Positions 49,121 through 61,953 of a stretch of DNA of 64,000 nt are shown one piece after another. The stretch is from an uncultured Dorea sp. (GTDB lineage Bacteria; Bacillota; Clostridia; Lachnospirales; Lachnospiraceae): NCBI GenBank assembly GCA_910586965.1, contig CAJUMF010000007.1, positions 25,577-89,576 on the forward strand. Reading direction: 5' to 3'. The translations under genes and the position numbers were made by a program. Under the pieces are notes generated by a model, which was given only the letters and a program-made list of their open reading frames with translations, had not been told where the DNA came from and made no database searches. Position 1 is the stretch's first letter, and every line of letters begins with the position of its first letter.

Positions 49121-49897
49121 ATGAGTGTACAATTATTAGATAAAACAAGGAAAATTAATAAATTGCTTCACAACAATGATTCGAGCAAAGTTGTCTTTAA
49201 CGATATCTGCGATGTGCTGACAGATATTTTGGATTCTAATGTGTTGGTAGTCAGCAAGAAAGGAAAAGTGCTTGGCGGAAGTAAATGTGCGGATGTTCCG
49301 TATATTGAGGAGTTGATTGAGAAAGATGTGGGAAAACATATTGATGTTCATCTGAATGAGAGATTCCTGATCGTACTCTCAACGAAGGAGAATGCCAATA
49401 TGGAGACGCTTGGTTTCTCGGAAGAGGTCGTGGCGCATTATCAGGCTTTGATCAGTCCCATTGATATTGCAGGAGAGCGTCTTGGAACACTCTTTATCTA
49501 TAAGAAAGATGCCTTGTATGAGATTGATGATATTATTCTGAGTGAATATGGAACGACGGTAGTAGGTTTGGAGATGCTGCGTTCTGTGAATGAGGAAAAT
49601 GCGGAGGAGACAAGGAAGGAACATATTGTCCAGTCTGCCATCAGCACCCTTTCTTTTTCTGAACTGGAAGCCATCATCCATATTTTTGAGGAGCTTGAGG
49701 GGACGGAAGGGATCCTTGTGGCCAGCAAGGTTGCTGACAGAGTAGGGATTACCCGTTCTGTGATCGTGAATGCTCTGCGTAAGTTTGAGAGTGCAGGTGT
49801 AATTGAGTCGCGTTCTTCCGGTATGAAGGGGACTTATATTAAAGTTGTCAATGATTATGTGTTTACCGAGCTTGAAAAGCTTAAGTCAGAGAGGTAA
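49121..49897 (+). CDS. codY: GTP/BCAA-sensing regulator CodY
   Basis: LLDKTRKIN, ASKVADRVGITRSVIVNALRKFESAGVIESRS. Confidence 0.97.
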   Translation: MSVQLLDKTRKINKLLHNNDSSKVVFNDICDVLTDILDSNVLVVSKKGKVLGGSKCADVPYIEELIEKDVGKHIDVHLNERFLIVLSTKENANMETLGFSEEVVAHYQALISPIDIAGERLGTLFIYKKDALYEIDDIILSEYGTTVVGLEMLRSVNEENAEETRKEHIVQSAISTLSFSELEAIIHIFEELEGTEGILVASKVADRVGITRSVIVNALRKFESAGVIESRSSGMKGTYIKVVNDYVFTELEKLKSER

Positions 49898-49905
49898 CAG
49901 TTGTT

Positions 49906-50208
49906 ATGTATGAGAAGTGTCCTGCCAGCATCAGGATGACGAGGGTGATTCTGCAGAATGGTTATTTTGATGAGAATGCTTATAATTGTGAAGTTATTAC
50001 GTATAACCCGGAGAAAGAGAGCATATACTTATTAACAGGGAACAATGAGCTGCCGCTCTTTTCGCTGGATGGGGTGTATGAGTGCATCCTGGAGGCAGAA
50101 GAGACCATAAAATGCGAGGGAGTCATAAAGGAAAGATATTATAACAAGCTCGGAAATACAATAGTATTTTATGTAAAGAATGGATTTTATAAAAATCCTG
50201 TAAACTAA
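49906..50208 (+). CDS. Hypothetical protein, possibly a stand-alone YcgR N-terminal-like domain
   Basis: 100-aa ORF 8 bp after codY; beta-rich pattern. Confidence 0.6.
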   Translation: MYEKCPASIRMTRVILQNGYFDENAYNCEVITYNPEKESIYLLTGNNELPLFSLDGVYECILEAEETIKCEGVIKERYYNKLGNTIVFYVKNGFYKNPVN

Positions 50209-50218
50209 ATAAAGTGTG

Positions 50219-50247
50219 TTGACAAAATGGAAAGAGAGTGCTATTTT
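50219..50247 (+). promoter_or_regulatory. groESL sigma-A promoter
   Basis: TTGACA-17 bp-TATTTT with extended TG. Confidence 0.6.
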
Positions 50248-50258
50248 ATATTATAGTT

Positions 50259-50285
50259 TTAGCACTCTCTTTTTATGAGTGCTAA
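50259..50285 (+). promoter_or_regulatory. CIRCE element (HrcA operator)
   Basis: Perfect TTAGCACTC-N9-GAGTGCTAA. Confidence 0.97.
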
Positions 50286-50315
50286 CAAATAAAGAAGTAT
50301 TAAGGAGGAGTTCAC

Positions 50316-52291
<1,976 letters not shown>

Positions 52292-52312
52292 AAAGAAAAT
52301 AAATGAATTTTT

Positions 52313-52343
52313 TGGGAACTCTTTGCGCGGGAGTTCCCATTTT
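52313..52343 (+). terminator. Intrinsic terminator after groEL
   Basis: TGGGAACTC/GAGTTCCCA stem followed by TTTT. Confidence 0.8.
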
Positions 52344-52424
52344 CGTATAAAATGTGTTACAATGTCCTTAAGGATAAAAAGTGTGTATCACGGTACATCA
52401 CAAAGAACAATGGAGGATATAGAT

Positions 52425-52916
52425 ATGGGCGATTTTTATACAGAACAGTTGATCAAAAAGCAGGGGGATATGAAAGATCTGGTAATTAAAGCAGTGCTTG
52501 TGGCAGTAGCCATTGTTTCCGTGCTGACAGTATTTATTTTTCCCATGGGACTTTTGTTCCCGATCATAATTATTGCGTTGGTGTGGTTTTTGATATCCAG
52601 GCTTAATGTAGAATATGAATACCTGTATGTGAATGGTGACCTTGATATTGATAAGATCATGAATAAATCTAAGAGAAAACGTGTGTTTTCCACCAATGTA
52701 AAAGAGATGGAGCTTCTTGCGCCGGTGGATTCGCCGAAGCTTGGGCAGTTCAGGAATGCGAAAGTGATCAACTTAAGTTCAGGACGGGCGGATGCAAGAC
52801 TCTATGCGATGGTCGTGGCAAACAACGGACAGACGGCCAAGCTTATATTTGAACCCAATGATACGATCATTGAAGGTCTTTTTATGCTGGCTCCCAGGAA
52901 AGTAGTGCGTCAGTAG
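52425..52916 (+). CDS. Conserved clostridial membrane protein (DUF6106-like)
   Basis: Two TM segments, then VEYEYLYVNGDLDIDKIMNKSKRK; GGAGG RBS. Confidence 0.7.
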   Translation: MGDFYTEQLIKKQGDMKDLVIKAVLVAVAIVSVLTVFIFPMGLLFPIIIIALVWFLISRLNVEYEYLYVNGDLDIDKIMNKSKRKRVFSTNVKEMELLAPVDSPKLGQFRNAKVINLSSGRADARLYAMVVANNGQTAKLIFEPNDTIIEGLFMLAPRKVVRQ

Positions 52917-53011
52917 ACAACGCCTGGCAAAAAATCGTGCAAAAATGGCACGAAAAATGTAAGAATATGTTGACAAACGTAAAGCAAATTCGTTATTATA
53001 GCATTTAATAA

Positions 53012-54511
<1,500 letters not shown>

Positions 54512-54540
54512 AAGACAGGAAAGGGAAAGGAAGTTTGGCT

Positions 54541-55575
54541 ATGAACTGTGAGTTTGGAAGTACATCAAAGGGAGAGAAGGCAAGGCTTTATATCTTACGG
54601 AATCAAAGAGGTATGGAAATCGCGGTCACGGATTACGGTGCGGCGCTCGTAAAGGTGCTTGTTCCGGATAAGGACGGAAAAGTACAGGATGTTGTGCTTG
54701 GATATGACAACGCGAAAGCCTATGAAAACGGCGGCGTTTATTTCGGGGCAACTGTGGGAAGGGTGGCGAACCGGATCGGCGGGGCATCCTTTGAGCTGAA
54801 CGGCAATGCTTATGAGCTGACAGCCAATGACAACAACAATTCTCTCCACGGGGGACGTGATTATTATAATAAGCGGATGTGGCAGGCAGAGGAAACCGAT
54901 GGACAAAAGGTAATGTTTTCCCTTGAAAGTCCGGAAGGTGATCAGGGATATCCTGGGAATGCGAAGATATCTGTCATTTATGAGCTGACGGAGGATAATG
55001 AATTAAAGATTAGTTATCATGCGGTTTCTGATGGGGATACACTGATGAATCTCACAAACCACAGCTATTTCAATCTGTCCGGACATGCTTCCGGCCCGGT
55101 GCTCGGTCAGGAAGTGTTTATTGCGGCAGATGCATTTACCAGGGCGGATGCAGAGTCTATACCTACAGGAGAGCTTGTGCCGGTCGAAGACACGCCGATG
55201 GATTTTAGAGAGTATAAAGCGATCGGAGAAGAGATTGAGACGGATTACGAAGCGTTGACTTTGGGTCAGGGATATGACCATAATTGGGCGCTTAATGGGA
55301 AAGGGATGCGCACGGTCGCCGGTATGCGTTCGAAGGAGACCGGGATTGTCATGGAAGTCCTTACAGATCTTCCGGGGATGCAGTTTTATACCGGGAATTT
55401 CCTGATAAGTGAACAGGGTAAAGAAGATACGGAGTATAAGAAGCGTCACGGGGCGTGTTTTGAGACGCAGTATTTTCCGGATGCAATACATAAAGAACAT
55501 TTCGAGGGACCGGTTCTAAAGGCCGGCACCTCCTATGACACTATGACTGTGTATCGGTTCCATACGGAAGCGTAA
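54541..55575 (+). CDS. galM: Aldose 1-epimerase (mutarotase)
   Basis: GRVANRI, SLHGG, NLTNHSYFNL, GYDHN, QFYTGN. Confidence 0.92.
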   Translation: MNCEFGSTSKGEKARLYILRNQRGMEIAVTDYGAALVKVLVPDKDGKVQDVVLGYDNAKAYENGGVYFGATVGRVANRIGGASFELNGNAYELTANDNNNSLHGGRDYYNKRMWQAEETDGQKVMFSLESPEGDQGYPGNAKISVIYELTEDNELKISYHAVSDGDTLMNLTNHSYFNLSGHASGPVLGQEVFIAADAFTRADAESIPTGELVPVEDTPMDFREYKAIGEEIETDYEALTLGQGYDHNWALNGKGMRTVAGMRSKETGIVMEVLTDLPGMQFYTGNFLISEQGKEDTEYKKRHGACFETQYFPDAIHKEHFEGPVLKAGTSYDTMTVYRFHTEA

Positions 55576-55675
55576 CGGCAGGAAATCTTCATAAAATCAT
55601 AAGTATCTTTTTATTCTTTTGTCAGAAATGTGTGCTATCATTTAGAAAGCATAAGAGAAAAGAGAGACAGGAAAT

Positions 55676-56449
55676 ATGGATAAAGAAGCACCAAAGAGGA
55701 CAGAAACGAAAAAGACTGTACAGAAAAAAACAACAGCTAAAAAAGGGACTGCAGCGAAAGCAAGAAGCGGAAAAAAACTGTCAGGTGCAAAAAAGAAGAA
55801 AAAGGCCCGGCGGATTCTTATCAGTATTCGTGTGGGCCTTGTCTTGCTGGCTGTATTTTTTGTCATACTCGCGGTTATAAAGCTGGTGAAGCCGTCGCTG
55901 CTTACGAAAAATTATTTTGAGGTGGCAAGCGAAGAGGTTGACGATTCAAAGCCGGAGATTGATGTGGAACTTTTAACTGTGAACCCTTATTCCAGACCCG
56001 GGACCAAGACGGGGAAAATTACAGGGATTGTCATGCATTACACAGCCAATCCGGGAGCAACAGCTATGGCAAACCGTGATTATTTCGAAGGGTTGAAGGA
56101 TAGCCATATAACAAAATCCAGCAGTAATTTTATCGTCGGCCTGGATGGAGAGATCGTGCAGTGTGTACCTACATGGGAGATGGCATACGCTTCTAACGAG
56201 CGCAATATTGATACAGTATCTATCGAATGCTGCCATCCGGATGAGAGCGGTGTGTTTTTTGATGAGACTTATCAGTCTATGGTGAAACTGTGTGCGTGGT
56301 TATGTCTGAAATTTGATCTTAGCGAAAAGGATATCATCCGCCATTATGATGTGACAGAAAAAATCTGTCCCAAATATTTTGTGGAAGATGAAAAGGCGTG
56401 GGAGAATTTTCGGGAAGATGTAAAAAAAGCCATAAAAAAGGCAAAGTAA
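55676..56449 (+). CDS. Membrane-anchored N-acetylmuramoyl-L-alanine amidase (Amidase_2)
   Basis: Lys-rich N-terminus plus TM; HYTAN, SIECCH, RHYDV..KICP. Confidence 0.85.
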   Translation: MDKEAPKRTETKKTVQKKTTAKKGTAAKARSGKKLSGAKKKKKARRILISIRVGLVLLAVFFVILAVIKLVKPSLLTKNYFEVASEEVDDSKPEIDVELLTVNPYSRPGTKTGKITGIVMHYTANPGATAMANRDYFEGLKDSHITKSSSNFIVGLDGEIVQCVPTWEMAYASNERNIDTVSIECCHPDESGVFFDETYQSMVKLCAWLCLKFDLSEKDIIRHYDVTEKICPKYFVEDEKAWENFREDVKKAIKKAK

Positions 56450-56476
56450 AAAGGTCGCAGGGTGGGAGAAGCAAGT

Positions 56477-57001
56477 ATGAATGAATTGTATAATATTTTT
56501 CTTATTGGATTTATGGGGGTAGGAAAAAGCACCATATCTGAGTATCTGAGTACGATGTATGCCATGGAATCGATAGAGATGGATCAGGTGATCGAGGAGC
56601 GGGAGAAGATGAGTATTCCGGATATCTTCAAAGTATATGGGGAAGAATATTTTCGGGATTTGGAGACAGAGCTTTTAAAAGAGCTTCAGACGAAGCGCAA
56701 TGCAGTGATTTCCTGCGGCGGCGGGACGGCTTTGTGCGAGTGCAATGTGACGGAGATGAAAAAGAACGGGCGGATAGTGCTTCTCACAGCGAGTCCGGAG
56801 TTGATATATGACCGGGTGAAGGATATCGATAACCGGCCGGTGCTTTTTGGGAGGAAGACGGTGGAGGGAATCTCTGGACTTATGGAGCAGAGACGTGAAA
56901 AATATGAGGCGGCAGCAGATATTGTAATCCGGACAGATAATAAAAGTGTCTCTGTAATCTGCCGGGAATTGATGCAGAGCCTGACAGAAATGGATGAGTG
57001 A
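56477..57001 (+). CDS. aroK: Shikimate kinase
   Basis: GFMGVGKST, GEEYFRDLE, SCGGG, RPVL. Confidence 0.92.
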   Translation: MNELYNIFLIGFMGVGKSTISEYLSTMYAMESIEMDQVIEEREKMSIPDIFKVYGEEYFRDLETELLKELQTKRNAVISCGGGTALCECNVTEMKKNGRIVLLTASPELIYDRVKDIDNRPVLFGRKTVEGISGLMEQRREKYEAAADIVIRTDNKSVSVICRELMQSLTEMDE

Positions 57002-57003
57002 TT

Positions 57004-57516
57004 ATGTTTGATATGTTTTTTCCGGACCGGTATGTGGCGTCCACATATGTTATAGATTTTGAAAAGCTATATGAGGAAGGATTTCGGGGACTGATATTTG
57101 ATATTGACAATACGTTGGTACCCCACGGCGCCCCTGCAGATGACAGGGCTGTAAAGCTGTTTGAACGGCTGAAAAATATTGGATATCGCTGCTGTCTGAT
57201 CTCTAATAATCAGGAGCCGAGAGTAAAGATGTTCAATGAAAAGATACAAGTTGATTATGTGTACAATGCTCACAAGCCTTCTACAAAGAATTATAAGAAG
57301 GCGATGGAGATCATGGGAACTGATACAGAGGATACATTGTTTGTGGGCGATCAGCTCTTTACGGACGTGTGGGGGGCAAAACGTGCGGGAATCAAGAGCA
57401 TACTCGTAAAACCTATTTATCCGAAAGAGGAGATACAGATTGTATTAAAGAGGTATCTGGAGAGGATTGTATTGCACTTTTATTTTAAGAAGCTGAAAGA
57501 GCGAAAAAAAGGTTGA
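57004..57516 (+). CDS. yqeG: YqeG-family HAD IIIA phosphatase
   Basis: FDIDNTL, ISNN, AHKP, GDQLFTDVWG. Confidence 0.9.
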   Translation: MFDMFFPDRYVASTYVIDFEKLYEEGFRGLIFDIDNTLVPHGAPADDRAVKLFERLKNIGYRCCLISNNQEPRVKMFNEKIQVDYVYNAHKPSTKNYKKAMEIMGTDTEDTLFVGDQLFTDVWGAKRAGIKSILVKPIYPKEEIQIVLKRYLERIVLHFYFKKLKERKKG

Positions 57517-57599
57517 AAAAAGACGTAAACTATTATAGAATTAAAAAAGTGAAAAGAACGTAGGAAGTGCCTTTGGGGCATGATTTAAGGAGGATTAGC

Positions 57600-58157
57600 A
57601 TGGTATCAGCAGGCGATTTTAAAAATGGACTTACCGTAGAAATTGAAGGGGTTGTCTATCAGATATTGGAGTTTCAGCATGTAAAACCCGGAAAGGGAGC
57701 GGCGTTTGTACGTACAAAGCTGAAAAATATTATTAACGGCGGGGTTGTAGAAAAGACTTTCCGCCCGACAGAGAAGTTTGAGAATGCCCATATCGAGAGA
57801 AAAGAGATGCAGTATCTTTATAATGACGGTGACCTTTTTAACTTTATGGATAATGAGACATTTGAACAGATTGCGGTGAATGCAGAGACAGTAGGCGACT
57901 CTCTTAAGTTTGTAAAAGAGAATGACAATGTGAAGCTCAGTTCCTATCAGGGCAATGTATTTGCGATCGAGCCGCCTCTTACTGTAGAACTTGAGATTAC
58001 AGAGACAGAGCCGGGATTCAAAGGAGATACCGCTCAGGGAGCGACAAAGCCGGCGATCGTTGAGACAGGCGCACAAGTGAACGTTCCGCTGTTCGTAGAA
58101 CAGGGAGAGAAGATTAAGATTGATACCCGTACAGGGGACTATCTCTCAAGAGCATAA
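57600..58157 (+). CDS. efp: Elongation factor P
   Basis: [39 protein letters not shown]. Confidence 0.98.
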   Translation: MVSAGDFKNGLTVEIEGVVYQILEFQHVKPGKGAAFVRTKLKNIINGGVVEKTFRPTEKFENAHIERKEMQYLYNDGDLFNFMDNETFEQIAVNAETVGDSLKFVKENDNVKLSSYQGNVFAIEPPLTVELEITETEPGFKGDTAQGATKPAIVETGAQVNVPLFVEQGEKIKIDTRTGDYLSRA

Positions 58158-58175
58158 AGTGTCAGATCATATTAA

Positions 58176-58208
58176 AAAAAAGTCTTGCTTTTTCGGCAAG
58201 ACTTTTTT
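58176..58208 (+). terminator. Intrinsic terminator after efp
   Basis: AAAAAAGTCTTGC/GCAAGACTTTTTT. Confidence 0.85.
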
Positions 58209-58328
58209 ATAATTAGTATCACCATAATATTTTTGTCAATTCTGAGAAATCTTTGGGCAGAATTCCTGCTGTATTTTCAGAGAAAAAGAAGTTAAAAACA
58301 TGTGTCACACCACTTGGAAAGGTGATTT

Positions 58329-59222
58329 ATGACTTATTATCAATTTGTACAAGCGGTAGAAGACAGAATAAAGGAGGTGGTTAAAGGGGGCGTGTCAGTA
58401 CGTATTCACACGGCGGAAAAGAATAATGGCACCGTCCGTAAAGGAATAACTCTGACAGAGCAAGACATCAACATTTCCCCTACAATATACCTTGAGGAAT
58501 ATTATCGGCAGTTCCAAAGCGGCAGTTCTTTGGAGCATATAACATCGGATATCCTGCGGTTATACCATGAGGTGCGTTTTCAGAAATCATGGGGAGAAGA
58601 AAAGATCAATGATTACAGTCATGTGAAAGAAAAGATCATCTACCGTCTGGTGAATTATGAAGCGAACGGAAAGATGCTGAGAAATGTACCGCATATCTCC
58701 TATCTTGATCTTGCAATTGTATTTTGTGTACTTCTGGAAGTGACAAAATACGGGACTGCGACAATGGCCGTTCGGAATGAACATCTGGATATGTGGGGCG
58801 TGCAAAAAGAGGAACTCTACAGACAGGCTTCCATAAATACGAGCAGGCTCCTCCCGGATGACTTCTGCGCCATGAGTGCTGTAATAGAGGAGCTTACTAA
58901 GGAGCCGTCTGAGCAGCAGATATCCTTTGAAGAACAGGAAGAGGATATGTATGTGCTCAGTAATCGGATCCACAGTTATGGGGCAGCGGCGATACTGTAC
59001 AAAGAGCGTATGGAAGGGATTGGGATGTATCTGAAGAGCAATTACTATGTGCTGCCCAGCAGTGTCCATGAAGTTATTGTCATTCCGGAGAAAGCCGCAG
59101 TGAAAAAAGAAGATCTTTCAGCTATGGTAGCAGAAATCAATCGGACGCAGGTAGAGGCGGAAGAAGTACTTTCGGACCGTGCATACTATTATGACAGAAA
59201 GAAAGGGCGGCTTTGTATGTAA
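58329..59222 (+). CDS. DUF5688-like protein of unknown function
   Basis: KNNG, SPTIYLEEYY, MYVLSN..YGAAAILY, VLPSSVHEVI, LSDRAYYYD. Confidence 0.75.
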   Translation: MTYYQFVQAVEDRIKEVVKGGVSVRIHTAEKNNGTVRKGITLTEQDINISPTIYLEEYYRQFQSGSSLEHITSDILRLYHEVRFQKSWGEEKINDYSHVKEKIIYRLVNYEANGKMLRNVPHISYLDLAIVFCVLLEVTKYGTATMAVRNEHLDMWGVQKEELYRQASINTSRLLPDDFCAMSAVIEELTKEPSEQQISFEEQEEDMYVLSNRIHSYGAAAILYKERMEGIGMYLKSNYYVLPSSVHEVIVIPEKAAVKKEDLSAMVAEINRTQVEAEEVLSDRAYYYDRKKGRLCM

Positions 59223-59244
59223 TGCTCTGAGTGGGCCATATGTA

Positions 59245-59562
59245 TTAAAGAATCTGGATGATCTGTAAAATCTGCTTTTTAGTTTTTAGAGGGCAGAGCT
59301 GTAGCTGCCGGAGAATTTCTTCATCCAACACCGATGAGGGGTCAATATATTCGTCGGACAGGATATAATCGACAGTTACATCCAGTGCGTTACATATGTG
59401 AACCAAAGTGGGGAGGGAAACCTTTACCCGGTTATTTTCAATATTGCTGATATGGCTGGTGTTTACATCTGCCATGTTGGCAATATATTCTTGTGTGAGC
59501 CCCCTGGATAAGCGGGTTTCTTTTAATTTCCTTCCGATTTTGCTGAAATTGATTTCTTTCAT
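59245..59562 (-). CDS. XRE-family HTH transcriptional regulator
   Basis: IGRKLKETR..GLTQEYIA...SHISNIEN..SLPTLVHICNALDVTVDYIL. Confidence 0.9.
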   Translation of the reverse strand: MKEINFSKIGRKLKETRLSRGLTQEYIANMADVNTSHISNIENNRVKVSLPTLVHICNALDVTVDYILSDEYIDPSSVLDEEILRQLQLCPLKTKKQILQIIQIL

Positions 59563-59644
59563 GTTATTAATCCCTTTTGTAGAAATTGTTGCTGTTCACA
59601 GTAACCAGAAATTTATAAATGTATGAAAAATAATGGCAAAATAA

Positions 59645-59687
59645 TTGTAATATCGCTATAGCTATAGTATAATTAGCTGTAGCTATA
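59645..59687 (+). promoter_or_regulatory. Sigma-A promoter of the pel-like operon with two operator-like repeats
   Basis: TTGTAA-17 bp-TATAAT; GCTATAGCTATA at 59655 and GCTGTAGCTATA at 59676. Confidence 0.75.
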
Positions 59688-59769
59688 AAAATATTATCTA
59701 CAAGTAAATACAAACTTTCACAGTCACGTAATAGCTCGTGGAAAAATAATGAAAAGGATGGCAGACATA

Positions 59770-61953
59770 ATGAACATATTATTAATTGGCGATGACAGCA
59801 AGATTGTGGATGCGTTGATTGACAAGTTCAATAAGGGCAATCACAGAATATATTGGTTGACGGGACGGAAAGAAAAAGGGCGTTCGCAAAAAAGAGTATT
59901 TGAGAAGTATAATTTTTTGTATACAGATGGTAATATGAAAGATATCATCGAGAGCGTAGGGCCAGATGTAGTATTGTTTATGGGAGCGTATGATACGAAT
60001 TTTGACTGGAGATATAATGGGCAGGCAGAGGCACTGCGATACACTACGTCGATGGTGAATCTTTTGTCGGCGTTTTCCATGTCTTCCGGGAATGGGCGAT
60101 TTATATATCTGTCCTCACAGGAGGTATATGACGGCTCATATGCGAATGATATTCCAGAGACGACAGCAGTATCTCCAAGGGGATTTAAGGCTCCGGCTGT
60201 GTCACAGGGAGAAGCGCTCTGTACGAATTACAGAGAGATACAGGGGATGGATACGGTTATTCTCCGTCTTGACAATATATACAGTGTTCCACGAAAAGGG
60301 CAGGAAGTGGGAAGCCCTTGTTTTGAGATGTGCCTGGAGGCATTGAAGACAGGAAGGATTTCAGCGAACAGCCGGAAAAAGTTTTCGATGCTTTATCTGA
60401 ACGATGCAGTAGAGCTTGTTTATAAAGTGATTGTGAGTGAGAGATCTGTACAGCCGTGTTATCATATTTCTTCTATGGAGGAGATTAGTGAATTACAGCT
60501 CGCGGAGATGATCAAGGAGAAAATCGGTGCGGGAATTACGGTTGTAGATCATTCGGCGGGAGAGAATAAAAGGAAGGTATTGGATGGACGTAAGTATGCG
60601 GAAGAATTCGGACAGAAGATTTTTAACCATTATGAGAGCGGTGTAGAAAAAGTTGTCCAGTATATGAAGCGTTACAGTGACACGTTTATCAAAGCCGGAG
60701 ATGCCGGAGGCGGATGGAGCGGCAGAATGTGGCACAATGCCAGAGTGATCATAAAGAGCGCTTTCCCGTTTATTGAGAGTCTCGTTTGCTTTGCCTTATT
60801 CTTTTTTCTGGATAGCTGGACGGCGGGAAGCCAGTATTTTGGAAAATTGGATTTTTACCTGTTATATGTATTGTTGTTTGCAATTGTGCATGGACAGCAG
60901 CAGGCTATATTTTCTGCACTCCTTGCAGCGGTTGGTTATTGGTTCCGGTCATCTTCCGGCGGCAGCGGGTATGAGGTGTTATTAGATTATGGTACATATA
61001 TCTGGCTTGCACAGCTTTTTATTGTGGGAATGGCTGTAGGCTATATGAAAGACCATCTTCGTCATGTTACAGATGATAAAGAAGAAGAGATTCACTATTT
61101 GTATGAGAAGCTGGAGGGCATCGCAGAGATCAATGACAGTAATGTAAGGATCAAACAGAACTTTGAGACGCAGCTTGTAAATCAAAAAGACAGTCTTGGG
61201 AAAATATATGAGATTACTTCAAGACTAGAGAAGTACGGACCGGAAGAAGTGCTGTTTTATGCTGCGCAGATGCTTGGACAGTTAATGGACAGCAAGGATG
61301 TGGCTGTTTATCTTGTGGCAAATGAAAGTTATGCGAGACTGTTTTCCGCTACTTCACCGGATGCGAGAAAGCTGGGAAATTCTATCAAATATGTTGACAT
61401 GGAAGATATGTATAATGAATTAAAAGAGGGGCGTGTCTATGTTAACAGGGAGATGAATGACAAACTTCCGCTGATAGCCAGCGCGGTATATTCAGAAGAT
61501 CAGATGCAGCTAATATTGATGCTGTGGGGAATCCCGTGGCAGCGTATGACGCTGGCAGAGACAAACCGTTTGACGATTATCGGAACGCTGATTCAGAATG
61601 CGACAGTGCGCGCCAGCCGTTATCTGGAAAGTCTTCGCAATCAGCGCTATGTAGAGGGAACAAATGTGATGAAAGTGGATGCTTTCACGCAACTTGTATA
61701 TGCATTCTTTGAGGCAAGAGAAAAAGAACTGACAGAGTGTGCGTTACTTGAAGTTCAGACGGGCTCTCACAGCTACGAGCAGGCAGCAGAGATCTTGGGT
61801 GATAGTATAAGACCATCGGACTATATGGGAGTGCTTGAAAATGGCAAGCTATATGTACTGTTGTCTAATACAGATGCGGAGAATGCAGAAAGAGTCAGAG
61901 AACGTTTCTTGAGTTCCGGATATGAAAGCCTGCTGAAGGAGGCGAAGGTATGA
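59770..61953 (+). CDS. pelD: Gram-positive PelD-like protein: degenerate SDR + about 4 TM + GAF + degenerate GGDEF
   Basis: Epimerase-like N-terminus (FIYLSSQEVY, ILRLDNIY), TM block, coiled segment, GAF-like region, RPSD I-site; start may be 59749. Confidence 0.8.
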   Translation: MNILLIGDDSKIVDALIDKFNKGNHRIYWLTGRKEKGRSQKRVFEKYNFLYTDGNMKDIIESVGPDVVLFMGAYDTNFDWRYNGQAEALRYTTSMVNLLSAFSMSSGNGRFIYLSSQEVYDGSYANDIPETTAVSPRGFKAPAVSQGEALCTNYREIQGMDTVILRLDNIYSVPRKGQEVGSPCFEMCLEALKTGRISANSRKKFSMLYLNDAVELVYKVIVSERSVQPCYHISSMEEISELQLAEMIKEKIGAGITVVDHSAGENKRKVLDGRKYAEEFGQKIFNHYESGVEKVVQYMKRYSDTFIKAGDAGGGWSGRMWHNARVIIKSAFPFIESLVCFALFFFLDSWTAGSQYFGKLDFYLLYVLLFAIVHGQQQAIFSALLAAVGYWFRSSSGGSGYEVLLDYGTYIWLAQLFIVGMAVGYMKDHLRHVTDDKEEEIHYLYEKLEGIAEINDSNVRIKQNFETQLVNQKDSLGKIYEITSRLEKYGPEEVLFYAAQMLGQLMDSKDVAVYLVANESYARLFSATSPDARKLGNSIKYVDMEDMYNELKEGRVYVNREMNDKLPLIASAVYSEDQMQLILMLWGIPWQRMTLAETNRLTIIGTLIQNATVRASRYLESLRNQRYVEGTNVMKVDAFTQLVYAFFEAREKELTECALLEVQTGSHSYEQAAEILGDSIRPSDYMGVLENGKLYVLLSNTDAENAERVRERFLSSGYESLLKEAKV

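Noticed and set aside
52926..52990. GGCAAA...hairpin...ACGTAAAGC resembling a c-di-GMP-I riboswitch upstream of guaB
   Set aside because: No GNRA-capped P2, about 20 extra nt, no P3, and it overlaps or precedes the TTGACA promoter; the TCGTGC/GCACGA repeat could be an operator but is unassignable
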